Positions 51,379 through 62,779 are shown, counted from the stretch's first letter. The stretch: 64,000 bases of DNA from Terriglobia bacterium (GCA_963718155.1 CAVQYP010000004.1:373943-437942), one strand, 5' to 3'. Numbers and translations are program-made. The notes: generated by a model not told the origin, from the letters alone.

Positions 51379-52308
51379 ATGGGAATTCGGCGACTCACAA
51401 TTCTGCTTGTGACGGTTTTTCTGGCGGCAGGGATCTCGGCGAAAAAGAAAAATCCCGACGACATCACCCAGACGCTCGACCTTCCGAAAGATCCTCCGGT
51501 GGTCGCGGTTGGCCAGACGAACCGTCTGACCTTTCACGTTTCGCCTCTTTCGGCGAAGGGGCTTCTTTCACAGCAGACGCGCGAAGCGCTGAAAGCGATC
51601 TTGAGGGAAAACGGGGGCGCCCAGATTATTCATATCCGCGCGTTCGTTGCCGGAAGCGGCGACCTGCGGCGAATTCCACAGATCGTAAGCGAGGTTTTCA
51701 CCGCGAAGAAGATGCAGCTGCCATCAGTAAGCGTGGTGCTTGTGGGCGCTTTGGAACTCCGGGACGCCCAGGTGGTGCTGGAAAGCGTTTCCGAGGCAAA
51801 AAAGGAAGTAAATCCGGACGGACTCCTCTTTATTGAAGCCCAGCCGCCGGATCAGCTGGCAATGCGCCTCGGGAGCGCAGCCGCGCTTCAGGTGACGTGT
51901 TTCGTCGCTTCCATCGATAACACGGCTTCGCTCGCCGCCCGTTTTCCATCCGCCGCTGTCGATATCGTGCAAGCGCAGCGGAGCCCTTCGCGTGCCGGAA
52001 CAAATTGCGAAGCCGTCGGGCGAGGGCACAACCTGGAAGCCGCAAAACTGGCATTCACGGGTACCCAAATATCGTTCGGGGCCGATAAAGCAGCGGCCAA
52101 CCTGGCTTTTGAACACCTGAACCGCGACCTCCAGGCGGGAGGCGCGGACAAGTCCGGAATCGTCGCGACGAATGTCTACTCGTTGTCCGAAAGAATGCAT
52201 GACCTGGTCCCGTCGCTTCCGGGCGTTCTGACGTTCGCGCCTGTTGAAGGCGTTGCATCCGCCGATGGAGTTTTCGCTGTGGATTCCATTGCCGCAGTGC
52301 CGAGGTGA
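51379..52308 (+). CDS. Secreted hypothetical protein
   Basis: 309 aa with signal peptide MGIRRLTILLVTVFLAAGISA. No confident domain call. Confidence 0.55.
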   Translation: MGIRRLTILLVTVFLAAGISAKKKNPDDITQTLDLPKDPPVVAVGQTNRLTFHVSPLSAKGLLSQQTREALKAILRENGGAQIIHIRAFVAGSGDLRRIPQIVSEVFTAKKMQLPSVSVVLVGALELRDAQVVLESVSEAKKEVNPDGLLFIEAQPPDQLAMRLGSAAALQVTCFVASIDNTASLAARFPSAAVDIVQAQRSPSRAGTNCEAVGRGHNLEAAKLAFTGTQISFGADKAAANLAFEHLNRDLQAGGADKSGIVATNVYSLSERMHDLVPSLPGVLTFAPVEGVASADGVFAVDSIAAVPR

Positions 52309-52335
52309 AGGTACCACGTGAAGGTAATATGAAAC

Positions 52336-53499
52336 GTGTTCAAACGGGTGATCTGGATCGTGCTCGACAGCCTTGGCGTGGGCGAAATGCCGGACGCCGC
52401 AGCTTATGGCGATACCGGCAGCGATACTTTGGGGAACATCGCTCGCGTCCGCGGCCTTAACGTGCCGAATCTCTGCAAGCTGGGTCTCGGCAATCTGAAG
52501 CCGATCCCGGAACTGCCGAAAGCGAACCCGCCGGAGGGCGCTTACGGCCGCTGCACTCTGGCATCTCCGGGAAAAGACACCACGACCGGTCACTGGGAGA
52601 TGGCCGGAATTCATTTGGCCAGGCCGTTTCCCTTGTTTCCCGACGGTTTCCCTGCCGCCATCATGGACGAGTTCGAAAAACAGATCGGCCGTTCGGCGAT
52701 CGGAAACAAGGCCGCCTCCGGCACCGAGATCATCAAGGAACTCGGCGAAGAACATATGCGGACGGGCTCGCCGATCGTTTATACCTCCGCGGACAGTGTT
52801 TTCCAGATTGCCGCCCATGAAGAGGTAATCCCGCTTTGGGAGCTATACAGGATGTGCGAGATCGCGCGCGCCATCCTGCGCGGGCCTTACGAAGTAGGCC
52901 GCGTGATCGCGCGTCCGTTCGAGGGGGCTCCCGGTGAATTCATGCGCACCGCGAATCGCCACGATTATGCGGTTCCTCCCCCAAAAGGAATGCTGCTGGA
53001 CAAGCTTGCGGATCGCAAGGTGGAGGTTTACAGCGTCGGCAAGATTTTTGATGTGTTCCTGGGGCGCGGCATCGAGGATCACGTAACTACAAAAAGCAAT
53101 GCGGACGGCATGGCAAAGACGCTCGAAGCGATGAACGAAGTTAACGCGGGACTTGTGTTCGTGAATCTTGTGGACTTCGACCAGCAATATGGCCATCGCA
53201 ACGACGTGGAAGGCTACGCAGGGGCTATCGAGGAGTTCGATCGGTGGCTGCCGCAGTTCCGGTCAGCGCTCGAACCCACGGATCTGGCAATCATTACGGC
53301 AGACCACGGCTGCGATCCCACCACTGCTTCCACTGACCACAGCCGCGAGTACACGCCCTTGCTCGTCTTCGGGCCAAAAGCGCGGGGAGGCGCCGATCTC
53401 GGATTGCGGGGCACCTTGAGCGATATTGGCCAGACCGTCGCCGAGAATTTTGGCACATCGATTGAAAAAGGAACAAGTTTCTTAAGCCGCGTTGCGTAA
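52336..53499 (+). CDS. deoB: Phosphopentomutase
   Basis: RVIWIVLDSLGVGEMPDA, ITADHGCDPT and the overall length fit DeoB. GTG start. Confidence 0.85.
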   Translation: MFKRVIWIVLDSLGVGEMPDAAAYGDTGSDTLGNIARVRGLNVPNLCKLGLGNLKPIPELPKANPPEGAYGRCTLASPGKDTTTGHWEMAGIHLARPFPLFPDGFPAAIMDEFEKQIGRSAIGNKAASGTEIIKELGEEHMRTGSPIVYTSADSVFQIAAHEEVIPLWELYRMCEIARAILRGPYEVGRVIARPFEGAPGEFMRTANRHDYAVPPPKGMLLDKLADRKVEVYSVGKIFDVFLGRGIEDHVTTKSNADGMAKTLEAMNEVNAGLVFVNLVDFDQQYGHRNDVEGYAGAIEEFDRWLPQFRSALEPTDLAIITADHGCDPTTASTDHSREYTPLLVFGPKARGGADLGLRGTLSDIGQTVAENFGTSIEKGTSFLSRVA

Positions 53500-53516
53500 A
53501 CGGTTGCACTGAAAAA

Positions 53517-54269
53517 ATGAGCAGACGACGGATGATGGCAGGCAACTGGAAGATGTATAAAACGCCTGCGGATACGCACGCGTTTTTCGAAGCCTTCAAA
53601 CCAATGATCGCCGGTGTCAACCACTGCGAGATCGTGATCTGTCCCCCATTTCCCAATCTGCCGGCCGCAATCGAGGAAGCGCAAGCCAGCAATATCGCGA
53701 TCGGCGGTCAAAACCTCCACTGGGGCAGGGAAGGCGCGGTTACCGGCGAAGTTTCGGGCCACATGCTCCAGGCAGTCGGCTGCCGGTTCGTTGTGATCGC
53801 GCACAGCGAGCGCCGGCAGTACTTCGGCGAAACTGAGCCCGACGTTGTTCGAAAAACGCAGGCGGCGATCGAGTTCGGCCTGGGGCCGATCGTGTGTTTG
53901 GGAGAACGCCTCGATGAGCGGGAAGGAAATCGGACCGAGGAAGTGCTCGGCGAGCAGTTCGATGGCGGACTTGCGCCTCTGACGCCGGAGCAGTTCGCGA
54001 AGGTTGTGATCGCGTATGAACCTGTCTGGGCAATCGGAACGGGAAAAACCGCCACCCCGGCGATTGCCGCTGACGCGCACCGTTTTCTGCGTGCCAAAGC
54101 GGCCGCCCGATTTGGAGACGAGCTTGCCGGGGCAGTGAGAATCCTTTACGGAGGCAGCGTCAAGCCGGACAATGTGAATAAGTTGATGGCGGAAGAAGAG
54201 ATTGACGGCGCGCTCGTGGGGGGCGCCAGCCTCGAACCGGCCTCATTCGCTTCGATCGTGAAATTTTAG
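53517..54269 (+). CDS. tpiA: Triose-phosphate isomerase
   Basis: MAGNWKMYK, VVIAHSERR, AYEPVWAIGTG and LYGGSVKP motifs. Confidence 0.92.
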   Translation: MSRRRMMAGNWKMYKTPADTHAFFEAFKPMIAGVNHCEIVICPPFPNLPAAIEEAQASNIAIGGQNLHWGREGAVTGEVSGHMLQAVGCRFVVIAHSERRQYFGETEPDVVRKTQAAIEFGLGPIVCLGERLDEREGNRTEEVLGEQFDGGLAPLTPEQFAKVVIAYEPVWAIGTGKTATPAIAADAHRFLRAKAAARFGDELAGAVRILYGGSVKPDNVNKLMAEEEIDGALVGGASLEPASFASIVKF

Positions 54270-54275
54270 ATAACC

Positions 54276-55040
54276 ATGCTGGAAGAATCCCTTCAAACAT
54301 TTCAGGAACAAGTCGAGACATCGCTTCAGAACGTCAATGCGTTGACGCGGCGGCTAAAGAAACTCGCCGCCGCCGCGCATACGGGAGATCTTCGAGAGAT
54401 CGATAAGGGCCTGGCGGACATCAACACCGTCGCTGCAACGGCCGTCGAAGGCGTCGCGGGGATCGAGTTCCGCTTTGACGAGGAGAGTTACTTTGAGAAC
54501 GGATTTCTCAAGGAGATCGTTGAGACCGCCGCCGCCGCTGGAATGAGCGTGTTTGCGCTGGACGGTAAGCTTTACTGCTACCCTTTGCTGGTGCGTCTGA
54601 AACCCTCGGAACGCGCGGTGCAGATCGGCAAGAAAATGGAACGCGGTATTCGCCCCTCGGCTCTGCTCGCGAAGCTGCGGGCGATGCAGATGAAGCCCGC
54701 ACGGTTCAAGCCGGAGGGTTTTCTTGAACTTCTCTTTCGCGTTTGGAAAAGAAGCGTGCGGGAGGAAAGAAAGATCGTCCTCTTGAACGAGATATACGAT
54801 CTGCTGACGCTCATGCCCGGCAGCGCAAGAGACTACACTCGTGAAGAGTTCGCGCGCGACTTGTACCTGCTCGACCGCAGCGGTGTGAACCAGACGCGCG
54901 ACGGTTTCATCGTCAGTCTTCCCGCCAGTACGGGAACCCGTAACGCCGCGGCGACTCTCGTTTGCATTGCGGAAGACGGATCGGAAAAGCGATATTACGG
55001 GATCGGTTTCGAACGCGCATCGGCGGAGGCTGCCGGATGA
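54276..55040 (+). CDS. Cassette gene A: 254-aa protein of unknown function (coiled-coil N-terminus)
   Basis: Starts 6 nt after the tpiA stop, and its own stop overlaps the start of gene B (ATGA at 55037-55040). I cannot recognise a domain. Confidence 0.7.
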   Translation: MLEESLQTFQEQVETSLQNVNALTRRLKKLAAAAHTGDLREIDKGLADINTVAATAVEGVAGIEFRFDEESYFENGFLKEIVETAAAAGMSVFALDGKLYCYPLLVRLKPSERAVQIGKKMERGIRPSALLAKLRAMQMKPARFKPEGFLELLFRVWKRSVREERKIVLLNEIYDLLTLMPGSARDYTREEFARDLYLLDRSGVNQTRDGFIVSLPASTGTRNAAATLVCIAEDGSEKRYYGIGFERASAEAAG

Positions 55041-55972
55041 CGGAGTGGCTCCAGGCGATCGATCGCGAGTATCTCGGCGATTACGTTCTCGCCGGCGGAG
55101 GTTCTCTAAAATTCGCGATCGGTCCTCCTGAGAGCGTCCGCGAAGCGTTCGATGAGCTCGAAGCCGCGGCCCTCCGGCGTGAATTCGTCTTTATCGAACT
55201 CGGCGCCGCGGAGACAAAGCTGAACCGCAGCGATCACGTCTTCTTCGATATCGCAAAGCACATCGATTGGGAAGGTCTGGCGCGAAGCTACGTCATCTCC
55301 TCCTTCGCAAAACGCGGATTCTCGATTGCCGCCTGCGGAACTCCCATCGATTTGACAGCGGCCGCGCAGGCAGCCGGGTTGGACGAATCGCTCCTTCGGG
55401 GCTATATGCGGGAATCGGTGCTGGAGTTGTATCAGGACTATGCGATGTCCCAGGAGTTCCGTTTGGCCATGATTCAACTCTGCCGCGCGGAGATTGCGGG
55501 CCTCGAGAACTCCGCCGAAGCCGTGAAGCGGTGGCTTCGGGGAGAGTTAAAGCGAATCTCGGAAGTCAGGACCGCGAAGCTGTTTCAGAAGATCGGCCGT
55601 CAGAACGCGCGCCTGATGCTGCAGTCGCTCGCTTACTGGATGCGGCGGAATGGCGTTCCCGGGCTTGTACTGACAATCGATCTCGCACGCTGTCTCGAGA
55701 ATGTGAAAAAGGCCGACCGGGGCTCTGGCTACTACTATTCATCCAGCGCGCTGACCGAAGTTTACGAGATGCTTCGGCAGCTGATCGACGGATCTTCAAG
55801 TCTCGAAGGGGTACTGATCGCGGTGCTGGCGCCCGGCAGCTTTTTGTCCGATGAGAGGCGCGGGGTAGACCGTTACCAGGCGCTCAAGATGCGGATCTTC
55901 GACGATGTCCGCACCCACGGACGCCAGAACATTCTTGCTCCGCTGGTGCGTCTGAGCGAGCAAGCGGTATAG
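55037..55972 (+). CDS. Cassette gene B: 311-aa P-loop-like protein with degenerate Walker motifs (possible inactive paralogue of gene C)
   Basis: AGGGSLKF sits where Walker A would be and LVLTIDLA where Walker B would be. The start is translationally coupled to gene A. Confidence 0.65.
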   Translation: MTEWLQAIDREYLGDYVLAGGGSLKFAIGPPESVREAFDELEAAALRREFVFIELGAAETKLNRSDHVFFDIAKHIDWEGLARSYVISSFAKRGFSIAACGTPIDLTAAAQAAGLDESLLRGYMRESVLELYQDYAMSQEFRLAMIQLCRAEIAGLENSAEAVKRWLRGELKRISEVRTAKLFQKIGRQNARLMLQSLAYWMRRNGVPGLVLTIDLARCLENVKKADRGSGYYYSSSALTEVYEMLRQLIDGSSSLEGVLIAVLAPGSFLSDERRGVDRYQALKMRIFDDVRTHGRQNILAPLVRLSEQAV

Positions 55973-55984
55973 AAGGAAGTAGAG

Positions 55985-57289
55985 ATGTCGCCCGAAGAAA
56001 AGATGATCGAAAAATTCGCCGCGAGAAGCGCGATTGAGGCTCTCCGCGCCGGAGTGCCGAACGCTTACGGTGTGCGTGCTTTGGGTTGCGATCAGCCGAA
56101 AGTCGAGCTGGAGTTTACACAGCAGCTTGAGGGTGCGGGCGGAATCTTTGGCCATTCGGGAAGGGGACTGCTGATCCAGGGAGACTTCGGGACAGGGAAG
56201 TCGCATACGCTCGAATTCCTGCGCGAAACGGCGCTCGACCGCAAGTTCGTCTGCAGCCAGCTGTACATCAGCAAGGAAACGCCTCTGCACGATCCCGTCA
56301 AGCTGTTCCAGGCGGCCGCCGAGAGTGCGGTTGCGCCGAATCGCACCGGATCGGCCTTTGTCGAAATTGCCAATCAGCTGGTCTTCAACTCGCAGTCATA
56401 TCGCGGCTTCGAAAGGTGGGCAAATCAGGCGGCGACGGGGCTGGATGCACGTTTCCCGGCTTCTCTTTTGCTGTTTGAGCAGTTTCAGTCCGACCACGAG
56501 TTCCGTGATCAGATCATCCGCTTCTGGGCGGGCGGGAAACTCGCCGCGGCCGAGGTCAAATCGCGGATCAAGCAAATCGGGGAGAGCTGGGCGCCGGGCT
56601 TTACAAGCCAGCGGGATCTCGCGATTCAGCGGTTCCGATTCGCCAGCCGGCTGACGCGCGCCGCAGGATATGCGGGCTGGGTGCTCCTGATCGACGAAGT
56701 GGAACTGATCGGAACCTACAGCCCTCTGCAACGGGCCAAATCATACATCGAGATCGGGAGAATGATGACGGCCGCCGACGATCCCGGCATGGCGGCGATT
56801 CCCATTCTCGCAATTACGGAAGACTTCGCCGAAGCCGTTTTGAAAGAGAAGGGCGATCTGGACAGGATACCGGTGATTCTGCAGGAGCGGACGCAGTTCG
56901 CGGGTACGCCCGACGCCTCGCTTGCTTCAGCGGGCATGAGAATTCTGGCGGAGAAGGGTATCTCGCTCAAGCGGCCCGGCGAAAGCGCGCTCGACGAGAC
57001 GTATGGAAGGATTCGCGCGCTCTACACGCAGGCTTTCGATTGGGAGCCGCCTGTGCCCGCCGATTATGAGCAGGCCGCGATCCGACGCGAGCAGAGCACG
57101 CCATTGCGGGCATATATTCGACGTTGGATCACGGAATGGGATCTGCAGCGGCTCTATCCGGACACGATAGTCGAAATCGAGACCGCGAAGTGGAGCACGG
57201 ATTACAGCGAAAATGCCGAAGAAGAAAGCCCCGCCGACGAAGCCCCGAGCGATCAGAGTTTAGTCGATGACCTAATAGGGGATATTTAA
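55985..57289 (+). CDS. Cassette gene C: 434-aa P-loop NTPase, DUF2791/BrxD-like by recollection
   Basis: Walker A GDFGTGKS (aa 66-73), Walker B WVLLIDEVE, acidic C-terminal tail. GGAAG lies upstream of the ATG, which is 12 nt after the gene B stop. Confidence 0.72.
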   Translation: MSPEEKMIEKFAARSAIEALRAGVPNAYGVRALGCDQPKVELEFTQQLEGAGGIFGHSGRGLLIQGDFGTGKSHTLEFLRETALDRKFVCSQLYISKETPLHDPVKLFQAAAESAVAPNRTGSAFVEIANQLVFNSQSYRGFERWANQAATGLDARFPASLLLFEQFQSDHEFRDQIIRFWAGGKLAAAEVKSRIKQIGESWAPGFTSQRDLAIQRFRFASRLTRAAGYAGWVLLIDEVELIGTYSPLQRAKSYIEIGRMMTAADDPGMAAIPILAITEDFAEAVLKEKGDLDRIPVILQERTQFAGTPDASLASAGMRILAEKGISLKRPGESALDETYGRIRALYTQAFDWEPPVPADYEQAAIRREQSTPLRAYIRRWITEWDLQRLYPDTIVEIETAKWSTDYSENAEEESPADEAPSDQSLVDDLIGDI

Positions 57290-57310
57290 GGTCGAGAAGC
57301 CGGCCAAACC

Positions 57311-59198
57311 TCACGCCGCGCTACTGCCGGCTTGCTGGTGCGACTTATTTCCCGCCCCTTCCGAAGACGAATAGCGCACACCCAGGTGGCGCGCCATGCA
57401 GAAGAAGATTTCTGTCTGGCGAAATGGCTTGAAAGTGAAGTCGTCAAAGCCTGCGCGCATCACCCCGTCACGCTCCGAAGCATCTGCAGACGCGGTTATG
57501 GCAGCGATCTTTACCTCCGCCCCGCCGTCCAACTGGCGAATCCGCCGTGTCGCTTCCGTGCCACTCAACTGAGGCAGACCCAGATCCATCCAGATAAAGT
57601 GCGGCCGCCACTGCTGGAACGCCTCGATCCCGAGTGCTCCATTCTCCGCGACCCTCACCTGAAAGCCGGCGCGAGTCAGCATCTTCCGCAAGACCGTGGC
57701 GCTTTCAGGGTCGTCTTCGACAATCAGAACGCGCCATTCCGGTTGGCCTGATTCCAGGATGAAAGGATGCCCCGGGGCCAGTTCTACGCCGTAAGTCTCC
57801 GACTCCGTTGCCAGTTCCAGCGGCAGTTCGACCACGAAACGTGAACCTCGGCCCACCTCGCTCTCAACAAGCAGCGTCCCGCCCATCAGCTCTACAAATC
57901 GGCGAGTAATCGTCAGGCCGAGACCTGTGCCCGTTTGTGGACCAGGATTGCGCACCTGTTCGAACGGCTCGAATATGCGGCCCAGGTCGTGTTGTGGCAT
58001 CCCCACGCCGCTGTCCTCAATATCGAAACAAAACCGGGCGCGTCCGGGTTCGTCAGCCGGCTGAGCGCTCAACCGTAGCTTTACGGTTCCTTCTTTTGTG
58101 AACTTGATGGCGTTGCCGAGCAGGTTGATGAGGATTTGCCGCAACTTCGGCGCATCTACGCGGACGTAGCGCGGCACTTTAGGAGCTTGATGGTAAACGA
58201 GCGCCAGATGCTTCTCCTCCGCCCGGCCCCGCATCATTTCAACCACCGTTCGCACCGTGGAGATCAAATCGCTGGCTGCGATCGCGAGTTCCTCTTTGCC
58301 AGCCTCGATTTTGGCGACATCCAGCACGTCGTCGATCAGTCCCAGGAGATGCTCGCCGCTGCGGCCGATCGCGTCGATGTCTTCACGCTGATCGGCGGTT
58401 GGGTTACTCTCGCTCAGGAGCTCGGAGGATGCCAGGATGACGCTGAGGGGCGTACGAAGTTCGTGGCTCATATTGGCCAGGAACGCGCTCTTGGCCCGGT
58501 TGGCGGACTCCGCCTGATCGCGCGCCTCGACCAGTTCCGCGGTTCGCTGCGTCACCAGGTGTTCCAGGTGCTCCTTGTATTCCTGCAAGTTCCTTGCGGT
58601 CACGGCGAGACTGCTCCAGTGCAGCTTGCAGCGTTTTTAAAACGTGCGCCACCGGGACCCCGCCGATCAGGACGGTGAACACGAGGAATGACCAGATTCC
58701 CAATGGTGTTGCTGCAACGTAGTGCGGGAACTCCACGCCGGCGATTTTGAAAATCGCGAAGGCCAGAGCGCTGCTCAGGCTCACGCCCGTCGTCCAGAGT
58801 GCCCCTCTGAACCCGAGAAGCCAAGCCGCCGAGATGGGAATGGTCACGTAAAGGGATAGCACCGGGCTGTCGATTCCGGTGTGGAATGCGGCTATCAGAG
58901 TGGTGTACAACCAGGCGGTGGCCATGTACACCAGGCTGGCTCGCCGGAGGGATCCAAGGCGAAGCAGAAACAACGCCGTGACGCAGCCGGTTTCCGCCAG
59001 GGCAAAAAGGCCGAACCTGTGTATCGTAATCGGGTAGATGGTCGTGACGAAGTGTCCGAATATGAACCAGCCCACCAGAAAAAGGTTGAGGCCATGCAGC
59101 GTCTGAGCGGTAGTATCGGCCGCAAGAGGGCCGCGGAGACGCAACGCATGAGTAACGTTTCGAACGCGCTGCCGAAATGAGGACCGCTCGCTCAACAT
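57311..59198 (-). pseudogene. Hybrid sensor histidine kinase (TM sensor + HisKA + HATPase_c + REC), frame break near 58600
   Basis: 58404-59198 encodes about 6 TM helices. 57311-58603 has the H-box FLANMSHELRTPL, the G-boxes and a C-terminal receiver (VLIVEDD..IWMDLGLPQLSG). The two halves are in different frames. Confidence 0.72.
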
Positions 59199-59389
59199 GT
59201 GACCTCAATACCGAATCACAGACCGCCGATCACGAACGATGGCGAGCCTGAAAATGTACCTTAACGCCCGCTGCAAAATATCATAATACCACATAAACTG
59301 AATCAGGAGCTGGCTGAGCGTTAAAACGCTGCTCAGAAAACTGAAGCTGCTTGTTATCAAGGTTTTAACATCTGGGATCTCGGGCTAGA

Positions 59390-62300
59390 ATGCGGATCGG
59401 GGTCATTTATTTCATTTGCCTTATTCGCGACAAGTCCGATTCTCGCGCAGACACTGCTCGGCGCAGGAGCTCTCGGCGGCACCATTCGCGACGAATCCGG
59501 CGCGGTGGTAGCCGACGCCAAGGTCAGTCTGACGGAAGAATCGAAGGGCTTAGTCCGCGAATCCAAGTCCGACCGCGATGGATCGTTCCTGTTTCCGGCG
59601 ATCATCGCGGGCGTGTATTCCATTAGAGCGGAGAAGCGCAGGTTTCAGCCCCGCGCGGATAAACGGCTTAAAGATCGAAATCGGGGAACAGGCCTCCGTA
59701 GTGATCGACTTACGGCTCGAGGCGCTCCGAACGGTACTTACTGTACAGGCTCCCACAACAATAGAACTCGACGCGGGAAGCCAACTCCCGAGGTTCGGTA
59801 GTGGATTCCGAACAGGTTCGGGAGTTACCGCTGAATGGCCGCAATCTGCTGGACTTGGCGGGGTTGGCGGCTGGCGCACTGGAACTCAACCTCCCCGAAG
59901 TATCAGTTTTCCAACAACGTGGGGCTGACTGAGCGCACGATTGTTCTACCCGCAACGCTTCCCAACTCGGTGACTTATTCCCTGAACGGCATTAACATTA
60001 CCGGGTCGAGGGACGGTGAGTTGGCCCTTAGTCCCTCAGTTGCGGCCGTCGACCAGTTCAAAGTGCAGCAGAGTTTCCTGATGCCGGACGAGGGGGTCAA
60101 TCCGGCTGTCGTAAATATCGTGACCAAGAGCGGAAGTAACCGGTTCCATGGCGACGCCTTCGAGTTTCTGCGGAACGGGAGCCTCGACGCCCGAAGTTTC
60201 TTTGCCACCGGCCCGGAGGACTTGAAACGGAACCAGTTCGGTGTCGCGCTCGGAGGACCGATACGGAAAGACCGGGTGTGGTTTCATGGGTTTTACGAGG
60301 GGCTCCGGCAACTCCGGCGTTCTCCACCGCCGGATTCAGCCCGACCGAAGACATGTTCCAGGGAAATTTCGCAGGAACGGGGCACATCATCTACAACCCG
60401 GCCAGCTTTGATCCGTCTTCCGGAACTCGCCAGCCATTTCCTGGCAATGTCATTCCCTTGAGCCAGATCAACCGGGTGGCGCAGAATCTCCTGCCCTACT
60501 ACCTGCCGGGTTCAAGCCTCTCGAGTATTCCGAGCAACATCCGCGGGAATCCGCGAGATACCGTGAACGACGATCAGGGCGGAGTACGAGTGGACGCGGC
60601 GTTGCATGCAGGCAACATCAATTGTTCGGCCAGATCTTCCAGCAGAATACGCCATCGGATCAACCCGGATTGTATCCGTTCAGCGGACTCCTGTACCATG
60701 AATGGTTCGACCCTGGCGATGTTGCAGGAAGTGTGGACGGTGAGTCCTCAAGCGGTGAACACTTTGAGGACTTGGCTTTCTGCGCAACTTCGCGACCGGT
60801 GGCAATGAGGCGCAAGGTCAGGGCCCGATCCTTGCCTCCATCGGAATAGCGAATACCTTCGAGCAAAGTGGAGTCACCGCGATTAATCTGCAGGGATATT
60901 CTTCGTTTGGCAGAGCCAACGGCGAGGTTGGCAACCACGACAACACCTGGCAATTCGATGAGGAGTTCACGTACATCGGGGGCGGCACCATTTCGCGTTT
61001 GGGGCTGATTTGCGTTACCGGCGTGGATGGCACCAGAACGGAAACGGGAACGCGCTGGGAAGCCTCTCGTTCCAGCCTGCGTTCACCGCTCAGTTGACAT
61101 CGAACTCTCAAGGGCAACTGGTCCCGCTGGCGAACACCGGCGATTCCTTTGCCGATTTCCTGCTCGGGCTTCCTGTCACCGGTACTTTGCTCGGTTTCCC
61201 GGTGGTCCAGTATCGGGCGACGCAGTTCACTCCGTTCTTTCAGGACAGTTGGAAGCTTACGAGTAATCTGACTCTGAATTACGGGATTTCCTGGTTTCTG
61301 GACCCTCCTCCCGAGCCTCAGGGTTCGGCGCGCAATTTGATCCATGGCTTCGATACGCAGACCGGTCTGCTGACTTTCGCCGTTCTTGGTCAGATGAGTT
61401 ATCACGCGGTAGCTACCGACAAGAACAATTTCGCGCCGCGCCTGGGTCTGGCTTGGAAGCCGGATTTTCTCAGGAACACGGTAATTCGCGCCGGCGCCGG
61501 AGTTTACTACTCTCCGTTCCAGTGGTTCTGGGCTCCCTACCCGCTGATCGGCTCGCCTGTAGGAGCGGGCACCAGTTTCACGAATGCGCTCGCCAACCCG
61601 CAGCCGGCGTATGTGATGGGCATGAACATTTTTCCCGCGGCCGCAACCGGTGGCGTGACCCCAGAGCTACGCGACGAACCTCGCCGCCGGGAATGGTGGC
61701 AACAGCCCTGAATCCCGACTTCCGAACGGCTTATGTCAGCCAATGGAACCTTTCCATCCAGCACGGCCTCGGCCGGAACGATTCTGGTCGACCTGGACTA
61801 TCTGGGCTCGAGCGGGCACAAACTGCCAAATGTCTCGGATATTTCGCAATGCCGGCCCACCGCCAACCTGTTCTGCGGCGCCAAAACCTGGCCGCAATAT
61901 GGTGCGTTGCTGTACGCGCAAAGCGGCGGCAATTCGTCCTATGAGGCTTTGATCGCCAAATACGAACATCGCGCGGCATACGGCCTGAATTTGCGATTCG
62001 AATATGCGTTGGCCAAAGCGATCACCGACACCTTTCAACTCACTGTCGCGGCCAACAATCAGATATCGGATTGCCAGGCTTGTTCGAAGGGCCCCGCGAC
62101 GTTCGATGTTCGCCAGCGGGCGGTGGGCAGCGTGGTGTGGGCGTTGCCCTTCGGCCGCGGACAACGCTTTGGTGGGCAGTTGCCGGGATGGGCAAACATT
62201 GCCGCGGGAGGATGGACCCTGACCGCGATTGCTACATTCTCCACCGGCCAGCCAATACAACTGGCAGCGCCGAACCAGACGGGCAACGCTTTTATCACTC

Positions 62301-62662
62301 CACTTCCGAACCGCGTTTGTGACGGACGAAGCAGCCAGCTTTCCGGCAACATTCGTCAGAATGGTTTCCTGTGGTTCGACACCGCGTGCTTTCCTGTGCC
62401 GGCGGTTGGGTATTTCGGCAACAGTGGTCCCACGGTGATCAACGGCCCCGGGATCAACAACTGGGATATCGGCGCGGAGAAGTCCTTCGTTCTTCCGCGA
62501 GAGGCAGCGAGAGTGCAGCTTCGGGCAGAGCTGTTCAACGCCTGGAATCACGCCCAGTTCAGCCAGCCCAACGGTAATGCTGGTGCAGGCCCGAACTTCG
62601 GCCGTATTTCGGCCAGCGGCCCCGGGCGCCTGATACAAGTCGCCGCCAAGGTTTATTGGTAG
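59390..62662 (+). pseudogene. TonB-dependent receptor (CarboxypepD_reg type), at least 8 frame breaks
   Basis: Signal peptide MRIGVIYFI.., then GTIRDESGAVVADAKVSL..DGSFLFPAIIAGVYSIRAEK. Barrel segments are spread over ORFs 59835-60461, 60278-60808, 61010-61711 and 61733-62662. Ends ..RLIQVAAKVYW. Confidence 0.7.
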
Positions 62663-62779
62663 GCGATACAGCATCACACGAACATACTCGCTAACGGTAC
62701 GGTTAGAACTCCAGCAACTCCAAAAACTTTCGTTAGGCCCCTGGGCCTGCCGCCGAGCCCCAGCCCGGCGCGGAACCTC

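Noticed and set aside
59314-59336. Hairpin CTGAGC-GTTAAAACGCT-GCTCAG in the AT-rich divergent region between the hybrid kinase and the degraded receptor.
   Set aside because: It is a single short stem with no U-tract and no second copy in the window. It could be an operator, but nothing supports a specific call.
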